A stretch of 64,000 bases of DNA from Anthoceros angustus (taxonomy: Eukaryota > Plantae > Anthocerotophyta), in NCBI GenBank assembly GCA_010909165.1, contig VJWM01000318.1, positions 12,651 through 76,650 on the forward strand, given 5' to 3'. The translations under genes were made by a program, and so were the position numbers. Within the stretch, counting starts at the first letter, position 1; the number at the start of each line of letters is the position of its first letter. Of this stretch, positions 60,190-64,000 are shown one piece after another. Below the pieces are notes generated by a model, which did not search any database, was not told the DNA's origin, and saw only the letters and a list, made by a program, of their open reading frames with translations.

Positions 60190-61413
60190 GTGGGAGAAAA
60201 CCGGGGCTTAGGGATTCACCCTCTAGTGGCCACACTTATCCCACATCGCTAACAATAGGTTTAGTCCCATGAGACTCTTGTTTGTCGGTCACCATCCAAG
60301 GCACAAACCACCGCCTCTTCACACCCCAAGCTCCCTCACAGTGGAGCAACTTCAACTCACTCCACGGGACCACGCCTCACCATGCTTTCGTCAATCACCG
60401 CTTCTAGACCTAGCGACACCCCTCGACTATGGGTCCACACCCCACGGCGGTAGGTCGGCTACGCGTGGGACCCCCTCGTTGCAGCGACTTCACCACCCGT
60501 GATCGTCCACTATTCCTTTCCCATCGCCTTCCCACAATTGGCACACCTCAACCACCAACTCTAACGGCGGCGCTCCTCGTGATCTCGCTCCACGGACCTA
60601 CAACATCCTACGTCGAGGTCCCACCCTGTAGGTCCACCGTCATGCGTAGGGACCCCCCTCGGTGACTTCTCCACCCGTGATTTTGAGACCTTAGCCCGCT
60701 TCCAGTCTCGGTTTGGTGCATTTGGGACCCCTCCCGACTTGGGCCTTCTTCTTACTCCTAATCTCTACCTACTCCTCTACTCAACATTCAGCTCCACATT
60801 CTCCTCAACATACACTCACCTCAACTCAACTCCTCATCCTCCTAATCTAACCTTACTTCAAGCTCAGCCCTAGCTCGCCCTTCAGCTGGCTGGGTCGCCT
60901 AGCCAACAAGTTCTTCCTTGGGCGGGGTTGCTATGAGTTTGCAGACTGAGAACCTCCGAGTCTTTCCTGTCTACCCTCAAGCCGAGAGTTCCTTGGGCAT
61001 CGCCACACACCCAAAGCAAAGCAATTTCACGGCAACCATTCACAAGGAGCAACTGCGGGCGCCCGCAAGGCGAGCTCTCCCAAGCACTCCGACCGTCAAA
61101 CTCCCTCTCTACGGGCCTTCGTTAGCTTGCGGTGCACGAACTTCCTTCACAAGGAGCAAAGGACTCGCGAGTTTGGGAGGCGCAAGACGATAATTTTACT
61201 TCACAAGCTCCCTCCTTTTATGGGAGGTCCTCACTGACCTCACAGCGCGCCCTCACAGCCGCCTCACTCCTTATTTTAGTGTATCCCTGCCTTTTGGTTC
61301 GACATCCAAGCATCTTGGGTAAAATTCTATTCTAGCAAACTTCACCTATGTGAGCCTTAATGGCTCTGTCAACATTCCTATCTAGCTAGTCAACACACCC
61401 TCTTGGGTTGACA
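60190..61413 (-). repeat. LTR, family A, copy 3
   Basis: Reverse complement of 1334-2572. Confidence 0.85.
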
Positions 61414-63625
61414 AGCATTAATATCCTCCTCTAAAGAAAAGTCTCCCCAAGCAATGAGCCGCTCCAAGCTACCACCAACCTCTTCAATTACCTCTAGATG
61501 TCGCGCCGCTGGTGATCCTACGGATGTAGGGCCACCCTCTACACCTCCCTACGGACGTAGGGTCACTTCTTATGGCCCTACCGCCTCCCACTCTCCTTTG
61601 CAAGAAGGTCTCCGTGGCGGATCTTGCTCCATGCCTTCCTCTTCCTCCTCCGAGTCATCCTCTACGGCCTTCCATATACACACGGATGTGTTGGGCTCTT
61701 CCACAGCTCCCTAGCAACCAACTTGCCCTTCTTAGGTGCAGCGCTTTCACCATCTTGTACCTTCAAAATAAGCGCACAAACAAGACAAGCTTGGGCACCC
61801 ACCTCGTTTCCACCTAGTTGTCACCTCGGTGCCTACACACAATTCGATTTCTTCACTCGCCACACAAAATCCACCAGAGAGCAACTTCACCCTTTTCCAC
61901 TTACTTCCTCTTCACTCCACAGTCCCACCTAGCTCAAACTTGATGTCCTCACAACATACCTCCTTATGCCCAAATCCCTCACTTGCAAGGTCCTAGGCAC
62001 AAAATTCAGCGCCTTGCCCTCTTCAGTGCTTCAAATCCCTTCACACACAACTCCTTGCACGCACACCTCCTTCTCCTTGCACACACAGGCTCGCGTTCCC
62101 ACCAAGTCCTTGCTCTAGCTTTCCTGCATGCACAAGCTCTTCCTCCATTCCTCATGACTTCCTAGGTGCCTCCCTACACACCGCCAAAGCACCAAGTCCT
62201 TGCCTAGCTTTGCTGCACAACTCTTTGCAATTCCTCGCATTCCTATCCTACACACACCCCTTGCATGGCCACACCTACTACCCACATATTTATGTATTAT
62301 TCCTAATATATCCTATTTATCCACAACCTTGCCTATCAGCCCTCTTTAGCAACTTCCTAGGTTTGTACACTTGTATCCAAGTAGGGTGTCGCACCCCACC
62401 TCCTACGTGGGAGACCTCACTCTCTGGTGAGGAGACTCTCATCTGTCTACCTACCTAACTAATGCCCGTGGGGAGCCACTGCCCTACATCCTACCGCATC
62501 TCATCCTACTTGTTCCCTACCTTGTTCCCTACCTCGGTAGGGTGACTTCTTGGACACCGTCCTACCCATATACATGAATACATGAATACATGAATACATA
62601 CATACATACATGAGTGCACCTCCTCGCCACACGTAGGTGCCTCCCTCCGTGGGGTGCACCTCCCTCCCTCAGTGGGAGTGCCATGCCCTCGTCCACTACC
62701 ACCACTACCATCCTCACGTTCATTCCCTCGTGCCGGACACCTATGCACTCTACTGTCCATGTAGGGGAGCCCCTCCATTCTTGTAGGGCCACTCACCCTA
62801 CACCTACCCCTCGTGGGGCTCTCATGTGACTTGCAAATATAATAAGTTGAAACACCTCACACAAAGGTGCCCCATCCGGTCTTGATCCACCCCTAGGACG
62901 CTTAACTCGGGTTCTTACATTCATTGTCCAACACACCCAATTGGCTTGTGCATAACACTCATCAAGAATAAAATGAACTTATCCTCGGTGAACTCCTCAC
63001 GCCTCCACATCTCGTACCAACCCTCCTTGCTATCCATTTCCTCGCGGCCACCACAACGGCCTCCCTTCACTTTGACTTGCAGCCCACGCAAATTCCGCCG
63101 TCATGATGCACAGTTGTGATCCCTTCACCATGTTGCAGCCCACAACACGCCTTCCTATGGTTTGGCCACACCTCCATCTTGTAGCCCAGCTACAAATTCA
63201 GCTGTGAGTGCTCTACCACGGCCTTTCCTAGTTCAATACGCCATCCTCACATCGTGACTCCATTGAGCACTTCCATGTGCCTCGGCACCGCCATGGCCTC
63301 CTCTTGCAACCCTTGTGGCTGCTCACCTCAACATGAGCTCCTCGCTCCCATCCTTGCACCAATTCTGCTCCTCTCGCATGTTGAGCTCCCAACCGAGCCC
63401 CAGCAGATCCTGAATTCCACCATTACGGGCACTTGGCCCATCTTCCGCAGCAACCCTTGCCACATCTCTACCTAGCAGTCCTCCCTTGCAAAATCTCAAA
63501 GCACACGCCCATGTCTCACTTCTTCCACACATGTGGCAAATTACTTTGCCTTCCCCTCAAACTTGGTGGTGGTCCCCAATAATCAGCCTTTGCCTCTGCA
63601 AGCCTATCAACAGCTGCTTGCAGCA
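61414..63625 (-). mobile_element. Family A 3' internal region (truncated), includes 5S-like segment 62866-62916
   Basis: Reverse complement colinear with 6260-8480. Confidence 0.8.
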
Positions 63626-64000
63626 ACCTCAAGCTCGTGCCCGCGGATTCTTCCGCCGCCGAACACCATGCCGCGGCTGACGGATTACTGAGGCGGCACA
63701 AGATCCCTGCGTAAGAAGCGGACTGGTGCACCGATCCGCCTTTCGTGCGTGAACGCCGACTTGAGTCATGTGGGAAGTGCGTAGGCCTCGCGTTCTCTGT
63801 CGCCCTGGCACTCGTTGCCGGGGCCCACCTCCGCTTGCGTCAGTCCCGTGGATGGTTGGATCCCGGTGACGAGCACCGGATGACCCTGAGAATTCTGAGA
63901 AGGTGAAACACGTTCGACGAGTCGAACTGCTCGCACGCTTAGAAGCGCACAGCTGTTACACGGATACACCCAAAAGTTCTTTCAGGTCAGGGTCTCACGC

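Noticed and set aside
62570-62612. (TACATGAA)n / (TACA)n short repeat, and GGGAACAAGTA repeats at 221-280 and 7410-7440
   Set aside because: Ordinary slippage expansions within family A that vary between copies.
1-64000. Hundreds of 60-230 aa ORFs in the supplied track as real genes
   Set aside because: Most are off-frame or antisense readings of LTRs and frameshifted retroelement ORFs. None has independent support as a host gene.

Overview
Eukaryotic, plant-type repeat nest made almost entirely of nested, frameshifted LTR retrotransposons. A non-seed plant or charophyte host is my inference from the element types. I see no intact host gene, tRNA/rRNA gene or CRISPR array. Most of the window is several related Ty3/gypsy families of the Athila-like non-chromovirus group. 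They share ~1.0-1.25 kb LTRs ending ...CCTCCCACA, a tRNA-Asp PBS (TGGCGCCGTTGCCGGGGA) and a large accessory ORF 3' of integrase. One copy (~33050-36300, minus) keeps RT-RNaseH-integrase, while two tandemly arranged copies share the same RT/RH and integrase-core deletions. Two Ty1/copia pieces are nested at ~38.3-41.7 kb. The standout is a minus-strand gypsy-type polyprotein (~41.7-45.4 kb) ordered gag(3x CCHC) - aspartic protease - C5 cytosine DNA methyltransferase (motifs I, IV, VI, VIII, IX, X) - RT start - PHD-like tail. Other notable signals are a PHD finger between RNase H and integrase in the Athila-like family (3 copies), 5S-rRNA-derived Pol III promoter segments (3 copies), and arrays of a dyad motif CCTAC-N4-GTAGG around the accessory ORFs. 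All ORFs carry many 1-3 bp indels, and I cannot tell decay from long-read consensus error. Protein calls come from manual translation across frameshifts, so boundaries are approximate (tens of bp).
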